The notes beneath the pieces were generated by a model. That model saw only the letters and a program-made list of their open reading frames with translations, did no database searches and was not told the origin of the DNA. Of a stretch of 64,000 nt of DNA, positions 48,657 to 62,000 are shown piece after piece. The number at the start of each line of letters is the position of its first letter. Position 1 is the first letter of the stretch. The DNA comes from Coniocarpon cinnabarinum (lineage: Eukaryota): NCBI GenBank assembly GCA_051942205.1, contig JAVECO010000116.1:1-64000 (forward strand), written 5' to 3'. Position numbers and translations under genes: made by a program.

Positions 48657-51641
48657 ATGGCCACTGCGGAGGGGCAAGATGGCGCAGAGCACGTAACTGA
48701 TTTTCTCAAGCGCATCAAAGAGCTCGGCGAGCAACGAGATCAGGAAGATCTTGAACGAACGCGCAGACTCGAGGAGCAGGTCTATGAAGCTCGCCGTCAA
48801 CGGGAAGAGCGGAGGAAAGGTGCGCACATCATCAAAGACGACAATCGGCACTTTGAGAGCGCAGACAGCTGACAGTTCTCGATAGAGCGCGCCCGATCTC
48901 TTTCACCCGAGAAACATGCTTCTATTACGCCGCGACCTTTGCCTTCACCGCATCCTGACCTTTCAAGCTCGCCGCTTGGTCGGCCACAGCCCCTAGAGTC
49001 ACTAGGTCACGCTCTTGAAAGCAAGAGCGATTCTCTTCCATCCCCAAACAATACAAACACCCCTCCAAAGAACAGTGCGCTCGAACCGAACAAGCCTCAA
49101 GTAAATTCAAAGTCCGCAACGACGCTTGCGCGGGCCAAAACTTTATCGTGGCAGCAGCGTCCGACAGGACCTCGTGCACGGCCTGCGGCGTTCTTGGAAA
49201 AACGCGAACCAGCCAAACCTGCGTCTCAGGTGATGAAGAATGAGGACAATGATGGGGAGCCAACCAAAACCGATATAGCCAAGTCTTTGGCGTCAAAGGA
49301 CCCCACTTGGTTCCGACAAACAGCAGACAGAGCAGCCGGTTCAGCAGCATTGCGGCAGAGTGGGTCCGAAAGCGCGGAAAGCACCCCTTCGTCAAAGAGA
49401 CAATTACATGGATTGTCCGTAGGCCGGGAAACGCCAGAGCGTGACGACAGCTTGCTGCGATCATCAGCAACTCCAACCTCGCAATCTCCCTCACTCATTG
49501 GGTCAATGCGCGGTAGGCCCACGGCCAGCGAAGATGACTCGAGTATAATGTCAGAAACCATTTACGAAAGCATTGAACAGCCGTCTGAGATTTCCTCTCG
49601 AGGAAGTGTCAAAGGTCATTACCGGTCTGAGTCTGAGTCCACTGTCGGACGACGGACTGTTGAGCCGACCGAGCGATCAGGGTCTCCGACGAAAGGTATG
49701 GGAGGCTTTGTTCAAAGTGCGATGCTTCGCCGAACCGACAGCGTCAGTCGACGCTGGAATGTGCCTACTGGCGGTGGGTTGAGTAGACATAACTCCTCGG
49801 CAAGCTACTCAGATCGACCTGGTTCTCGCGAACACAACACGAGCTTCTCCTCCGGTATGCCCCGTCTGGACGAAACAAATATCTTTAAGAGACCGGCTTC
49901 TCGCGACACCAACTCACGTCCAGTCTCAGCCCACAATAATGTTTTCACAGCTCCGTCCGCCGAAGACGACTCTTCCTTAATGCCCGCACCTCTTAGTCGA
50001 AGCCCATCAAAGGTGTCGACCCAAGATCCAAGAGAGGCGGTAGATGGAGGGGTCAAATCACCAGATCAGAGCTTGAGATCCAGTCCATCCAAACGATGGA
50101 GTCCCACAAAATCATCATGGCTGGAAAGCGCTCTCAGCAAGCCCGACACGCCACGCACGAAACCTCCGCCTCCTTCTCAACCAGCTTGGATGACAGATCT
50201 CCAGAAGAACCGACAGAACCGGCAAAGCAAAGACATCAGCAAAGATTTGGGCAATGAGTTGGGTAAGGACTCGGGCGAGGACTCGGGCAAGGACATGGGC
50301 AGAACCGCGCCACTATGGGGTGGAAGCTTGAAGAGTGTTTCGCCTGTCAAGCAGCAAGCAGAGAAATCAGTTGAGCAAGCGGAGACATCTCCCATAAAAG
50401 AGCCAATTGAAACAACAGCACCAACACCCAAGCCAAAGCCGCCAAGGTTATCCCGTAGTCCAGCACCCGAAGATCAGAAGCCGGAGGAAATTGAGGGCTC
50501 TGCACCAGACATCAATGAAGCAGAGCATGCTAGTCCCCAGTTATCGTCAGAGCCGGGACCGATCGCTGAAGAACCTGTTCCCGACGCGGACATGAAACCA
50601 GCAACAACTGAAGACCGCCGAGACGCATCTCCAATCAAGTATCCAAGCCAATTTGACAGCAAATTCCAATCTCGACCAAAGCCCGACACACCGCCCAAGA
50701 AGGATTTCCGCTCCCAACTCAAACCCCGCAACGACGCCCCAGCAAAGCCTCAAAGTAACGACGTCGAGTTCCTCAACGCGGCAGGTAAACTACGCCGAGC
50801 CGACACGAAGAAATACGTTGCGCCCGACGTCCTCGGCGATAACATCCGCCGCGGTAAAGCTGGCCTCACCATCACTGGTGGTCCGAAAGCGAGAGAACGA
50901 CGCGATTCGTTCAAGGATAGCTTGATTGAGCAGAAGCAGCGGATGAAAGACAAGGCTGGCGAGAGCGGGGTGAAGCCGCCTGTGCCGGAGAAGCGTCAAG
51001 CGAGTATTCCGGAGGCTTTGCGGAAGCGGCAGGCGCTGGGGAGGAATGATAATACTGCTAATGTTGGTAAGCCTGCTCTTGAGAATGTGGATCCGCGGAA
51101 ACAGGATGCGAAGCTGGAACCTCGAGAAAGCTCTAGTAAGGATCTGGGAGTTACTTCGTCAACCAGTCGAGCTTCAAGTCCTACAAAGGCACCGCCGGCG
51201 CAACAAGACGTGATTGCAACTGCACCGACTGTTAGTGCTAAACTCGCTAACCGCTTCAATCCCGCCATTGCGAATGTGCTAGCACGAGGCCCGCCCTCTC
51301 CTTCACCTGAACGCAAACCCCGGGATCCAAGTCCCCGTGGTATGTCCAAGACGCACAGCGCCCCCGCTCAAATGTCACAGTCTCAATCATCGAGTGCAAA
51401 TAAGCCATTAGAACACATGACAAAAGGCAGAGCAAGAGGGCCGAAGAGAAGATTACCAAAAGCTTTGGAAGACCAGGGGACACAGGAAGCTGGGAAGGAG
51501 ACACAGTCGGCTTCGAGGGAGAACACGTCCCCGACTGCTTCGCCGAGACGCGCGGTCGGTGCTAAGCCTGCGATTCGATCGAGTAGTCGGAGTGTTGTTG
51601 TTGGGGGTGCCAATGTTGGTGCTGGAAGTGGTTCTTCTTGA
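48657..51641 (+). CDS. DUF4045-domain protein, 2 exons
   Basis: DFLKRIKELGEQRDQED..|ERARSLSP (intron 48820-48885), LSWQQRP, SKDPTWFRQTADR, SPTKGMGGFVQSAM, RWSPTKSSWLESAL, LEHMTKGRARGPKRR. Confidence 0.85.
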
Positions 51642-52309
51642 CCTGTTTGTTTTGTCGATTCTGTGATGACTTTGTGTAGATATAGACTGCAGAGTGTACA
51701 GTCTTTAAGATGTACAAATTGGACATCACAGTTTGGACATGAGGCTTTCTTATTTATGAAACTGTGGTACAGCGTCTATTTCGTTGCTGCGGGAGCCTCA
51801 AAATCCGCAAGGCGGCGTCTTCGCTGTCTACCAAGTCCTGCATCGATTATCGGCTCCTTCTAATCTTCTATGTGCTAATTCAATCGGTTTCTCTATGACC
51901 ACAAGTCATTTGATTCCCTATAATCACGTTCCTCTTTCGGTCCCACAGTCCCTAGATCACAATCAATTCAACACCACTGACTCTATACCGCGAGCAGATT
52001 TGTTCGCCCAAAGGCCGAGTAGTAGGATCACGCTTGGTGATTTGCCGTGACGACGAGAGGCCCCGAATCAAGGGGTTTCGTAAGAATGAGCATGTAAGAA
52101 ACGAAGACCGAAAGGAAGGGATGGTCAAGGTGCAGCAAACGGCGTCTAGTTGATGCGCAGGTCGCTGCGTCGGTTGCGATGGGGCATCGTTATGGCATGA
52201 TTGAGTGAGCATGATTGGAACCTCTTGATATTTTTGCAGCAGTGTTGTCAGGAGTCAAGCGAACAGGCTTTAAAGTGCGTAGTCATTACGTGGGATGAAT
52301 CAGTGTCAA

Positions 52310-52650
52310 AGGTGATGTTGATGTTGTGGCCTTGACGTATGAGTCTCGTCGCTTGAGGTTCAAATTTGTGGTGTTGACGTCTTAGTAATGGCATCTGGCC
52401 TTGTAGCTGGGAGCTTGACGTTGTGCTTTTGACGTTGTGCTTTGGACGGTGTGGTCTTGACGGTGTAGCCTTCGCGTTGTAATCTTGACGTCGTGGTCTT
52501 GCCGCCGTGACGTTGACGCTGTGATCTCGACATTATCGTCTCAACGCAGTTGTAACACTGTGGTCTTGACGCTGTGGTCGTGACGTCGTGGACTTCAAGC
52601 TGGGATCTTGACCTTCGAGCTTTGTCGTTGGGGTCTTGACGTTATTGTCA
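52310..52650. repeat. Degenerate ~15-bp minisatellite (TGTGGTCTTGACG core)
   Basis: Over 15 variants of ..gtggtcttgacg..; no sustained ORF. Confidence 0.75.
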
Positions 52651-53392
52651 TGTATCTATGAAGTATCGGGACTTCCCAAAGCAACGAGAACTGGACATTC
52701 CTCATTACAACGACACTAGAACCAGCCTTGCTAAAGATTACTTACAAGCCCACTGGATAAGTGATAGAAACACGCAGACACTGCCCGCGAAACGCAGGAA
52801 ACTTGGCAAGTAGTGATCTTGAGGTATTGCTAGTATCAATGTGTACTTGTATTTCGCTGTATATGGCTAAATGCAGATGCACCTTCGAGTGATCCTCTGT
52901 CTAACCGTACATAGTGCAAGACGTACATGTTTTAAGAGACTCGTCACAACTCACACACTGTATCCCGTCGGTTGGTGTCTCGCAATATCATACTGTGCGT
53001 CGCAGGTCGTCTATCATTCAAGCACTTCGAATACGTCTGTAAGCTCCAAGCTGAACTGTATAATTTCAATGCACCGTCTTTTCCAAGTCGATGTGGAGAG
53101 TACTCTTCTGTGCGATCTCGTATGCAAAGTTTGACCTGCTGTGCAAGAGCCCACAGGTTTTCAGTCTATCGCTGTCGTGCGTGGTCCTGAGACATTACTT
53201 GATGCACAGCTTCATGATGTCGCTGCGAGAGATCCGGATCTGAAGGAGGCATACGGCGAGGATCGTACGAGTCGCATAGATGCCACGATGTGCAAAACCG
53301 TGGTGCCCGCCTGTATATGAGGCGGCCACAAAGGATAATGTAGAATGAAAGCTCGGGTAGCACAGCCCCAACCCGGGCTCCGCACTGGATGC

Positions 53393-53620
53393 TCACCTCA
53401 CTCGCTGCATGTCATAGCGTTTCTTTAGCTGAGTCAACAACTCCGACCAGGCCTTCTTAACATTTTCATACACTCCTTTGAGTGTTTTGCGCTCTTCGGC
53501 TTTACGCTTTCTGGTAGCGGCGCGCCTCCGCTTATATTTCGCGTCGTGGGGAGAGATCCCTTTGAGATCTGTTCCAGGCTTTCCGCCCGTGGACTTGGGT
53601 GACTCTGTGCGAGGGGCCAT
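53393..53620 (-). CDS. Possible small basic protein (first exon; 3' structure unresolved)
   Basis: MAPRTESPK..KYKRRRAATRKRKAEERK, ending at donor-like GTGAG motifs. Confidence 0.35.
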   Translation of the reverse strand: MAPRTESPKSTGGKPGTDLKGISPHDAKYKRRRAATRKRKAEERKTLKGVYENVKKAWSELLTQLKKRYDMQRVR

Positions 53621-53977
53621 TGCCTGAGTTGTGGCTGTCGAAGACGTTCTTGTTGCGAAAGCAATGGCTATGTCTTTGTGATTATTACTTCCAGCAATGA
53701 TGCCGCGCACCTGCGTTATCCGAAGGTACATTGTACGTCATGGTCGTTTTGTAAATGCTGACGGGGCTCATCTCTCTTTAATCTTGCTGCAAAATCCCCA
53801 AATCCTGGAATCTAGACTTTTGCAGCAACGCAGGTAAGCATGTGCGAGCTCTGACATAACAGGTGGCTTCAAAATGAGCAACGTATGCGCGCACATCCTA
53901 GCGGCGGCCCGGTGCCCACAGCGCTAACCTTATAGGGATTAGCTGCCATAACTGCCGTGGGCGCTACTCAAGGTCGT

Positions 53978-54335
53978 ATCCCCTCCACTGCCCGGCACCC
54001 GCCACTAACCTTTCTTGGTATAGTGCACATGGCACTGCCAGATCCCCAAGATCGCCCTCTTTCCCGAATAACGTTAACGATAACGAGCCTTTAAAGTATG
54101 AAAGCTTGGTTAGAATTGTGTGTATTATGACGTTTGTACTCGCTACTTTTGGTTGTATTTACAAGAGCACTTAAGCGTAGATACGAACTTGTATCTTAAT
54201 GTAGTTGAATTGAGGGAAAGGGTTGCGATGCAATGATGCTTAGCAGCTGGCATAAAAATTGCCTTGTGGGGCAATTATTGGACATCTGAGCTTACCAAGA
54301 AAGGTTAGTGGCGGGTGCCGGGCAGTGGAGGGGAT
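53978..54335. mobile_element. 358-bp element bounded by perfect 43-bp inverted repeats (MITE-like)
   Basis: 53978-54020 ATCCCCTCCACTGCCCGGCACCCGCCACTAACCTTTCTTGGTA is the exact reverse complement of 54293-54335. Confidence 0.7.
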
Positions 54336-54768
54336 GGTTTTGGCTCTTGCTCGGCCGCACTGAAGACTTTGGGACAGCTTTCTGTGGTATAAACAAGTCG
54401 AATACAACTGGCCTTCTCATTTCGCGCACTTTTCGAAATTCTGTCTGCACGGACCGCCCACTTACTCGAGCTCAGATGCTCGACTTCTATTCTTTGTCAT
54501 TTCGATAATTATCTAAATTCGCGGAAAGTCCAGAAACTTGCAGTACAGCAACGTCGCTCTTCATGTTAACATTGGCGGTCGTGAGCACTTCGAATTCCCG
54601 AGGAAAATTGGTCTTCGCTCAGATAAAAGCCCCTCTTCAGCTAAGAGATGGCTATGGCTACGGTTAGCGCTCTGCGCTTAGCTGTTTCCACCTTGCACGC
54701 AATTAGGATCAGTTTGCGCAAACGCCCTTTGTAACAATTGTCGCAGACTGGCGTTTGCACCGTTGATT

Positions 54769-56178
54769 ATGGAAAACATTCCACTGTCTCATCAAATGGC
54801 AGAGGTCGCGTCATCCCGAAAGACAAAGGAAATCGCAAAGCTCTCCACCTCGCCAACGACCAAAAGACGAAAGCAAGAGCCACCAACTGCATTTTGGGAC
54901 AATCTCTCGCGTCTCTGGCTTACTCCTCAAGCACTTCGTGAATTTGATCGCCGGACGCGCGAACACACTGGTCAGCAACAGCTACCCTGTGGTATAGAGG
55001 CTACTTGTGTACCAAGCTTGAAGCGGTTTGCAAGACACGGCGGGCCCGATCTTTCATTCATTCGAGGAGTAAGTGTCGCGAAGCTCAACGATCCTGCTCT
55101 ATACTGACCATTTCAGCATCCAATGCCGAAGTCGCGTACGCTCCAGTCAGCGAGCTTAGGGCGATCTCGTAAAAGGACAAGAGACGACAGCGGAGCATCA
55201 ACTTTGGAGAGCAAGACTTCGAAATCAAGGAGAACTACTGCATACGATCCTAATTTTGAGCAAAATTTGAGAGACCATGGCATACTAATGGAGAGTCGCC
55301 CACAAAAGCCTCTGAACACTAAAGACTTGAACCAAGAACTTGGACGACAGAGACGATCGCTGTCCCCTTCACGCTTCCCTGATACAGGCTTTGAAACATT
55401 TCAAGAAAGAAACAACGAAGTCCATACTGAAGCGGATGTAATGAGGAATGTGTTTCCTTTAATAGTAGGCGACTGTGACATCCCATCTTCTGGAAACATG
55501 GAATTCAATAATTTGGCTCCACTTACCGACGGTACAATCGCCACAGACAAGCCCGATTACTACGAAGGGTCACGCCCGGAAGATATAGAGAAGCATATTA
55601 GGGGTGAGTTGAGCGAGTACATCATCCCATCTACCGATACGACCCGCCCCTGCCTACCTAATTTCTTTACAGAGGTAAAGGGACCGGACGGTAGCGGAAA
55701 AGTTCTAAAGCGACAGGCCTGCTACGCTGGGGCCATAGGGGCCCGCGCGATGCACGAGCTACGTTTGTACGTCAACAAAGCGACGGCCTTAGATAGCAAT
55801 GCATATACAATGACCTGGGCTTTCGATAGTAGCACCGGTACGCTCAATGTTTACACGACACACCCTGTTGCGTCTGAGGTCCCAGACAGACACGTCGATT
55901 ACCAAATGACGCAGCTGCAAGGCTGGGCTTTGACGGGCAATATTGACAGCTTCCGACAAGGTGTATCGTATTTCCGCAATGCGCGCGACTGGGCACGAGC
56001 GCGCAGGAGAGAGCTCATCGATGCAGCGAACGACAAGCACGTGGCTGAGCTACAAGTCTATATCCCCACCGAAGAGCATTTCACAGACGAGCAAACATCT
56101 GACGAGATATCCCAAGGATCAGAGACGTCGCGCGGCGAGCTCGCCAGTCCTTCTTTCAAGTCTCGTCTCAATGACTAA
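54769..56178 (+). CDS. Fungal hypothetical protein with a PD-(D/E)xK-like C-terminal domain, 2 exons
   Basis: AFWDNLSRLWLTPQALREFDRR..RFARHGGPDLS, intron 55069-55116, then KPDYYEG..PNFFTEVKGPDG..RQACYAGAIGARAMHEL. Confidence 0.75.
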
Positions 56179-56699
56179 ACGCTTCGGATGGATCAGTCTT
56201 GGACATCGAAGCATAACGGTGGCTGTAGCTCTTGCTAGCACTAAAGATTGGTAGAATCTTTGCACGTACGCACAATACTATGTCACCTTACCTACTCGCA
56301 CAATGTTTGCTGATCGTCTCCTTATTACAACCTTGCTGCGCAAGTTCGGAACATTACTTCAGTCAATAGAAATGGGAATAGTGTTACGATTAAAGCTGAA
56401 AAACAACGCTTTGGCTAGTCTACATCTATACATCATCCATGCGGATCAACCTGCACGAGAGTAGAGAACGGACGATAGTTGTCACGAGCCACATCACTAC
56501 GCAGGGACGGACGTTAATATTTCAATGCCCAGAGTGCTCGCGCTACACTGCTTTTCCTTTTGGTGTTTAGGCTCCAAGTCTGTCAGTCCCCTGGTGTCCC
56601 TGCTCCCAGCACCGCGGACTCCACCATTCGCAACACATCTACATCAAGCCCTCAACGTCGCGCTGTCACACTCAGATGAAGCGGTGTGTACTGTTCAAA

Positions 56700-57425
56700 T
56701 GCGACTCTATTACACTCTCTACTAAGATCCTCCTAGTCTAAAATTATATTAGGTGGCCTCGTATATCTATCCATGGTACGTATAGAAGATTACTAAGGTC
56801 GTCGGCGAGAGTAGACGTAGCTATTATTAGAGCAATGTGTGTGTATGCGGGTTTCGAAGTAGCGATCTATGATAATGACGGGAAGAGCTTCGGCGCCCTC
56901 GAGTCGTTGGATGAAAGCGGCCCTGCGCGATGGTCGCCACTGAGGGTGGGTGGTGGGCAACACCAAGTCGACAAAAGGCCTTTGCTGCACTTGTGCTGGC
57001 CTTCCGTCCTCGCCGACCGCAGACACCGTATCCTCCAAGGGCTGACTCGGCGTTGTTAAAACAAGGTGGTCGTGCAGACGAAGCAACCGTGGCAGAAGTT
57101 AGGTCGTCTCTAGGTTTGTGGGGCCACAATAGTAGGGGGTGCATCGAGCGACGCCGTGAGGGAAGTCTCGATTAAAATTTAAGAAAATCCTCCTACGTAG
57201 ATGCCTTGTTCTATACTGAGCTCGCCTAACTACGTTTTTCTTGCGTCGTAACCGCTATGCAACCGGGCGTAGGTCTAAGCACCTTAACGGTATATTAAAG
57301 TCTCTTAGATAGGTCTTAGAAATAGTGTGTTCTATCTATAGTGCTAGCAATTTACCTAGCTATTTACAAAGGTGGTGTTTAGCCGTCGAAAATAACTACA
57401 GTCAAGTGGCAGAACCTTCTAGACA
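56700..57425. mobile_element. Partly RIP-like degenerate repeat remnant
   Basis: TpA/TAG-rich segments (56700-56830 and 57170-57425) around a residual minus-strand coding-like stretch. Confidence 0.4.
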
Positions 57426-57822
57426 CTCACCGTGAAAGAGGTCCGCGTCAGGGTCCCAACGCAACCAGCAGAGACCCTGCTTCTCCCCATTCCAAAGTTC
57501 TATGCTTACCTGTAGGGCACAGACGAAACTGGTAATCCAACTCTAACAAGCCGGCAATCAGGTGTCGCAACATGACTGTTGTCGACCCAGGAAAGGTTAT
57601 CTCGCTCATGTCGTGCAGTCGCTTGATGTTCAGGCCTAGGCCTGTGCTGCTGAGAGTGATGTCAAGACCGGGAAGGAGCTGCGCGCCTGTCAGCATCACG
57701 AGACGACGACCACCACCACGTGCATGGGCTGTCCTGACGCATATAGGTTTCATACCTTCCGGAATGCCGCCAGATTCCACGCAGAGACAGTAATGCTGAG
57801 CACGCATAGGCTAGGCTGCACC

Positions 57823-59152
57823 CTACTTCTTGCTGTCTCGTTGTTCTTTTCGCTTCTTCGCTTCAGCAGCTCTCCGCGCCTCTTTTTCGCGGTCTCGCCT
57901 TCGTCTGTCTTCCTCGGCTTGCGGATGCCGCTTCTCCTCTGCGTAACGTAAGCAGCCGTTGGCTGTCAGAGGAGGACGAAGGTCACGGGATCAAAACTCA
58001 CTTGTCGAAGCGCCAGACCAGATGGAGGTACTCGAGCCGCCCAAGGTCATCGCAAATTGTGACGCCATTCTGAGTATGTGCTGCTCCTGAAGGAACTTGA
58101 AACATAGCGCCACGTCGAAAGGCACGTCACCTCTGATGACCTGGAAGTTGACATCGTAGGAGCGCGTGGTTGACGAGAAACCGCTATCATTGAAGTACCA
58201 CCTCACCCGCATCAGGCCTAAAACTTCCAGCGGTTGGCCATTGGCAACAATTGGTGGTTCTGCGTATTCCGCAGTAGCTGCCTCCATTGGTCGGCCAGTG
58301 TCCAGGGCAATTCTTTCGGCCATCAAGTTGTGACCAGTATTACCTGTGTCGAGCAGTGCACGTACTTGCACCGGTGATGTTGCCACATCGTCCCGGTAGA
58401 CCGCAATATTCAGCACATTGCGCAGTGGAGGCTCGTCAGGGTCGGGATCTGTGTCTGACAGAGTGCTCTGGTCATCCTGATCTGAGCTCTCATCACCTAC
58501 TACCTATTCGAGATCAGTGGCCGTTAGCGACGAGCATCCCTCAACGCTATGTCACACTCACATGAGAGCCTTCGTCAACAAATAGCTCATTCGAGTCTAC
58601 GTCGTCACGAGCAAGAAATGCACTGAACTGTCTCACAAACGTGTGTGCACCTGGGTATCGCGAGGATGCTGTGTTGCTTCGCGTAGGAGGGGGAAAGCAA
58701 ACGTCCGGCGAGTCGCCATCGATCTCACCATCTTGCGCAGTGTGGAAAGAGTCACGCGAGATGATAGTCACGCTGCATCCCACGGACTGACGTTTCGACT
58801 GTGACTCACTGTCGATCAAGCACTGAATCGGAGACCGGAGTGTGTCATCGTGGACATTTCTGCTTGGGCGAGGGGCTTCTCTGACGAGCCTTGATTCATT
58901 TTCGTAGATGGTTCTAAATTCCTCGCCACCGCCTATAGCAGCTGACGTGGTGGCGACGTTGAATATGGCATTAGAGAGGACGTACTCGGACGTGTTGCTA
59001 TTAGTAGAACTCGAGCTGGGGGAGCGGACGCGTCCAACCACGCGTTCGCGGAAATGTTCGAACTTCTCCCGAATTGGCGACGGTCCACGTAATCGCGAAG
59101 TGTTGGCTGGGATGGAGGAGGGCGCGAGCCGAGAATCCGCTTGGAAGGCCAT
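57823..59152 (-). CDS. Protein with a single retropepsin-like aspartic protease domain (ALLDTG) and charged C-tail, 3 exons
   Basis: Introns ~58561-58504 and 58001-57939 join in frame; VRALLDTGNTGHNLM..NGQPLEVLG..FQVI..PFDVAL. Confidence 0.7.
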
Positions 59153-59862
59153 GGGTGAGTGCTGGACAAATGCCGCGCCCTGGCCAATGGGACCCGGACA
59201 AACCCTGCCCGGAGTTTTGGATATGGATACAGGGCCAAGGGGCTGCGTTTACTCAAACAGACTGCAAGCCGAGATGCCAAACAAAGACCGCTGGTCAGGA
59301 GGTAGCGAGTCTCGAAAATGAAAAGTCAAAAGGGAAGAGAGAGGGCCACGAGCGAACGGCCACCGGCCTCACGTCTCGTCCTGATGTCCAGAGGGGGCAG
59401 ACCGCGGGGCTGTGGCTTATGTGAAGCTAACCCGTATCATACCTAGCGGTTGCCTTGCACCGCCGCACTCGCCGTCAGCAATGCCCTTCTGTGAGGCTCA
59501 GATGTGCTCGGGCGAGGCAGATGATGGGCAATTAAGCTTCGAGTGATGGCGTTGTTGCTGGACTGAGCCGCGTGCCCTGATTGGAAGAGACAAGACTCAG
59601 CTCGTGCCTTGCCACTCGTCCGCATAGTCAGACGCCTGGGCAAAGCGGTTTTTTCAAAGCCGGACTTGTAACATCGTCTAAGCCTTTCTAATTCCTCCTG
59701 GGCGAAGGTCGATTGGTCCGCGGAAGCTCGAGAGTAGTCTGAGCCTTCGGTCCCGGATCGCGTGGGAGTCAGCTTGTCGCACGCGCACTCTTGCCTCTGG
59801 CGTATGCCGCCGGACATCGCCGTCTTTCGTGACAGTATTTGAACGTCCTGTCTTCCGTCGCC

Positions 59863-61104
59863 ATGTCGGACGCGCATCATGACGAGTCCAGTAGCGAGGT
59901 GGAGAACATTGAAAGTGTTTCAGAGTCTGGAGAGAAGGTCAGAATGGGGAACTATCAGAAGCTCTCAGACTTCATGGGCACCTCACCCACTATGTCCATG
60001 TTCCGCCGCTTTACTTCTTTGAATGTACAAAATCTTCTCTTCCTGCAAGCCGAACTAGCATACCTCGAGGGTGAGTGGAATTGCTGCTTCCAACGCAGCT
60101 TCATGACCGATGCTGCTATCTGTCTCTTTGAGCACTCACGTGATTGATTGCTTGCTGACTGTTGGCATCCAGATGAGCTAGAGTCCATACGCCAAGAGGA
60201 GCAAGGCTCAGACGACGAACTCTCAGAGAAAAGAACGCGCGATTCACTGCAATCTTTCTCATCTTTGAAGGAAATCTCCGAAGATGGGAGTCACTCCTTG
60301 CAATACGAGACCATCTTGAAGATTAGGGAAAAGTTGAACGAATACAGTGAGTATGCCCCGGTCCTTTCACGACCTGAGCAATTCAAATGATACTGATTGT
60401 TTGTGAGACGAGGCACTTGTAAAATATCACAACGTTTGTGAGCTTCATCATCCTTCGAAACATGACTGGAATGCCCTTTGCCACTGGTATCATCACCCAC
60501 GCGGTGGGGACCAATTCCTCAGAGACGTCGAGGGTGACGCGTATAATGGTGAAGTCATTCCCATTCATGATCTCGTCGCGATGAGCGGGTCTCATCGTGA
60601 ACGAGACGCTTTTACCATGTTCTTAATGGACACTGTAATTCATTGGTGGGACTGCGTGCGTCGATACTTTCGCGGAGTAAGCCTATCAACATGAAATAGC
60701 TTCAGGATCTTGCTAACACGTCTAAGGGCGAAAGCAGTGTGAGTCTCGATATCGAAAATGCGGACATGGTCCGCCATGATCCGAGCAAGCTCGACGCTTT
60801 CGCACGTCTCTGCGCAACACTTGTGGCCAGTCTTCTTCCTCCACTTTCTATATTTGTACTTTACTTTGTGCCACGACAAGTCGACCGTCTGGGCATTATT
60901 TTGGCCTTCTCCGCCTTGTTTGCTTTCACCTTAGCTCTGTTTTCGCGAGCAAGACCTGGTGAAATCTTCGCCGCTACAGCTGCGTGAGCATTTTGTGGTC
61001 ACAGCTTCAATAAGCTCCCCTGCTAACACGGCCGGTGCAGATTCGCTTCAGTCCAAGTCGTCTTCATCGGAACTAATGGCCCGCAAGCCTTGTCCGCTGG
61101 ATAG
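59863..61104 (+). CDS. DUF6594-family membrane protein, multi-exon
   Basis: GNYQKLSDFM..MFRRFTSLNVQNLLFLQAELAYLE|DEL; IREKLNEY; C-terminal TMs ending GEIFAATA|AFASVQVVFIG. Confidence 0.8.
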
Positions 61105-62000
61105 TATACAGTCTTAAAGGGCAATGTTGGCAGTATACGAGCCATCAACCACGAACCTCATCCCTCTTCTGTGGGGCGCTCCCACCGCGAGCCCCCAAGA
61201 GCAACGAGCTACCTCTCTAGGCAGGATCCTTCTTCAGGCCTGCCCTGCAAAGCAAAGTCACCTCGTGTGACTTGCCGGGAGAGCTAAACCATTGGTCTTT
61301 GGGGATAGCGTTGGGGGTGGCACACGGACTGCGGGATGAAATTTGTGGCTGATGGCTCGTATGCTGCTAATATTGCCTTTCAAGACTGTATACTATCCAC
61401 ACGGGATGAAGCAAGATTGTCGTGTAGAAACGATTTTGAGGCGACTCAATAACTCTGACAACAAAATCCTGTCACGGTCATTGCGAAGCTCACACAATCA
61501 GTGCCAAAGCGGTACGCCCATTGGAAAGAGAGGAGACTACGCCAACAGCCACGCGCCCGGCTCGCACACAGAAATGTTGACGATGGCTGGCTGATAATGG
61601 TGGTGATGGAGCTGCGTAAGAAACCATCAGCGTCGAGGGGCTGCGGGCATGGCTGAAGCGAGGCGGCGGCCTGACCAAAGAAGCCTGGCTGTAACAGACA
61701 TGCGGCGAGAGAGTCGGTGCAAGTATCCATCTGCTCGAGCTATGGGCCTGGGGGATGTAGAAGTAGGCTGGGGTGAGAATTAATAGTACATAGTACCACG
61801 GTACTTAATTTACCGACTTAGCCTAGACGCTCCGCCTGGCGCTAATGCGAGCACGCGAGGCAGATCGGCGCCAAAACTTTACCTCCACAGGTACCTTGAC
61901 GTTTGCCTGACGCAGCGCTCTTCACTCTTCGCGTTCGTAAAGCTTCTTCTTCTGTTGAGCTTTTGTTCATGTCTCGTGCTTGTGTTGTCACCCCGCAAAC

